From Actinomycetes bacterium (GTDB lineage Bacteria > Actinomycetota > Acidimicrobiia > Acidimicrobiales > JAKAOS01), in assembly GCA_021823165.1 (NCBI GenBank), contig JAKAOS010000002.1:1-60168 (forward strand): a stretch of 60,168 nucleotides of DNA, in the 5' to 3' direction. This document shows, one piece after another, positions 58,935 through 60,168 of this stretch; positions within the stretch are counted from its first letter, which is position 1; the number at the start of each line of letters is the position of its first letter. Made by a program: the position numbers and the translations under genes. The notes under the pieces were generated by a model. It ran no database searches. It was not told where the DNA came from and worked only from the letters and a program-made list of their open reading frames with translations.

Positions 58935-60095
58935 ATGCGTGGATCGAAGCGCGAGCTGCGTCCAGGGGTCTGGGAGCTATGGGTCTCGCTCGGCTACGAC
59001 CCGGAGACCGGCAAGCGCCACCAGGTCTCGAAGACGTTCCATGGCGGCGCCCGGGCAGCCGATGCTGCCCTCCGGGACCTTGTGGACCATCAGGCCCCCG
59101 GACGCACCGACGGCATCGGCGTCACGGTCGGCCAGCTCCTCGACCGCTGGCTTGAGGAGTGCGAACGCCTCGACCTCTCGCCGACGACCGTCCGCAACTA
59201 CTCCTCCCAGGTGAACGGGACCATCCGTCCACGGCTCGGGAAGATCAAGCTCCACCAGCTCATGGCGAAGCACCTCGACGACCTCTACGGCACCCTGAAG
59301 GACGCCGGGAAGTCTCCCAAGACCATCCGGAACGTCCACGCCATCCTCTCCGCTGCCCTCCACCAGGCTGTGCGCTGGGGCTGGCTCCGCGAGAACATCG
59401 CCGAGCGGGCGAAGCCTCCCCGGGTGTCGAACCGCCGGGTCACGGCTCCAGCCGTGGAGGTCGTCCAGCAGGTCATCGAAGAGGCAGAACGGCGGGATCC
59501 CCGTCTTGCTCCGATCCTCATGCTTGCTGCGCTCACGGGGATGCGCCGGGGGGAGCTGTGCGCGCTCCGATGGTCCGACGTGAACCTCGACCTTGGCGTG
59601 CTCGACGTTGCCCGGTCCGTCGTCGTGGCCCGGGGCGGGCTCGCCGAGAAGAGCACCAAGACTGACCGCTCCCGGAAGGTCGCGCTCGACCCCGTCGGCA
59701 TCGCCCTCCTCACGGCACACCGCAAGCGGGTCGAGGAGTGGATCACCGACGCCGGAGGAACCCTCGCCGCCGACGCCTTCGTCTTCTCGCCCTATGTCGA
59801 GGCGACCACGCCCTTCCGGCCGGACAACGTGACGTCGTTCTTCATCCGGGTGCGCGACGCTGTCGGGGCGTCCGACGTGCGTCTCCACGACCTCCGCCAC
59901 TTCACGGCAACGCAGCTCATCCACGCTGGCATGGACATCCGGACCGTGGCCGACTTCCTCGGCCATTCCGATCCCTCCCTCACCCTCCGGGTGTATTCCC
60001 ATGCCATCGAGGAGCGGAACCGGGCTGCGGCCACCATCATGGGCCAGGTCCTCGCCGCCAGGAAGGAACCCGCCGGACTGCCCTCTGGCGCATAA
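58935..60095 (+). CDS. int: Tyrosine-type site-specific recombinase (phage/ICE integrase)
   Basis: ATG 58935. N-terminal SAM-like domain, then the catalytic residues in LTGMRRGELCALRW (Arg), HDLRHF (H-x-x-R) and LGHSDPSLTLRVYSH (His...Tyr). It lies 112 nt downstream of a tRNA. Confidence 0.9.
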   Translation: MRGSKRELRPGVWELWVSLGYDPETGKRHQVSKTFHGGARAADAALRDLVDHQAPGRTDGIGVTVGQLLDRWLEECERLDLSPTTVRNYSSQVNGTIRPRLGKIKLHQLMAKHLDDLYGTLKDAGKSPKTIRNVHAILSAALHQAVRWGWLRENIAERAKPPRVSNRRVTAPAVEVVQQVIEEAERRDPRLAPILMLAALTGMRRGELCALRWSDVNLDLGVLDVARSVVVARGGLAEKSTKTDRSRKVALDPVGIALLTAHRKRVEEWITDAGGTLAADAFVFSPYVEATTPFRPDNVTSFFIRVRDAVGASDVRLHDLRHFTATQLIHAGMDIRTVADFLGHSDPSLTLRVYSHAIEERNRAAATIMGQVLAARKEPAGLPSGA

Positions 60096-60168
60096 GACTG
60101 GGCTCGTGTCCGACGAGACCGACCTCGAACTGCCCGAGCTTGCTGGCGCCGAGACGGTCGGACGCATC

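Larger units (their letters stand above)
58824..60168 (+). mobile_element. Left end of a putative tRNA-Met-integrated element (integrase-proximal arm); cargo and right end lie beyond the window
   Basis: The tRNA 3' end is directly followed by an integrase gene, the usual signature of an integrated prophage, ICE or genomic island. No direct repeat can be sought inside the window. Confidence 0.5.

Noticed and set aside
58977-60167. 396-aa minus-strand ORF opposite the integrase
   Set aside because: It is antisense to an ORF that carries the full tyrosine-recombinase catalytic signature, and its composition is typical of an antisense frame.

Overview
High-GC chromosomal window (by eye about two-thirds G+C) from an actinobacterium-type genome. 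Supporting markers are two WhiB-family genes, a DivIVA-domain gene, UPF0182, and mycobacterium-like alr-tsaE-tsaB-rimI-tsaD-groES-groEL synteny. Most of it is tightly packed core genome. In order: the distal spc/alpha ribosomal-protein superoperon (rplE fragment to rplQ, with secY, adk, infA, rpmJ, rpoA); truA; ilvA on the opposite strand; rplM-rpsI-glmM-glmS; acpS-nnr-alr-udg-tsaE-tsaB-rimI-tsaD; CIRCE-controlled groES-groEL; an ~11 kb co-directional array (guaB3-like, guaA, pcrA, purN, purH, folD, metF, icd, mdh); and a minus-strand argJ plus three-subunit sdhCAB block. The last ~15 kb is less conventional. It holds two whiB paralogs flanking a formimidoyltransferase, small hypotheticals, and adjacent zincin-like and HtrA-like genes that both appear to lack catalytic residues. 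It also holds a translationally coupled moaE / small membrane protein / divergent MreB-like operon, a HEAT-repeat gene, an orphan sensor kinase, a DivIVA + Mu-F-like fusion protein and UPF0182. The window ends with an initiator-type tRNA-Met followed by a tyrosine integrase, which marks the left edge of an integrated element that runs off the window. Main oddities: a single in-frame TAG inside glmS; two genes (infA, nnr) whose conserved N-termini can only be reached from CTG codons; the apparent pseudoprotease pair; the degenerate nucleotide-binding motifs of the MreB-like protein; and the DivIVA/Mu-F fusion in a kinase-DivIVA-UPF0182 arrangement. I saw no rRNA, CRISPR array, transposase or recognisable defence system. 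Many long antisense or off-frame ORFs in the track are ordinary high-GC artefacts. Start codons are often GTG/TTG and frequently overlap the upstream stop (ATGA/GTGA/TTGA), so several start coordinates are uncertain by tens of nt.
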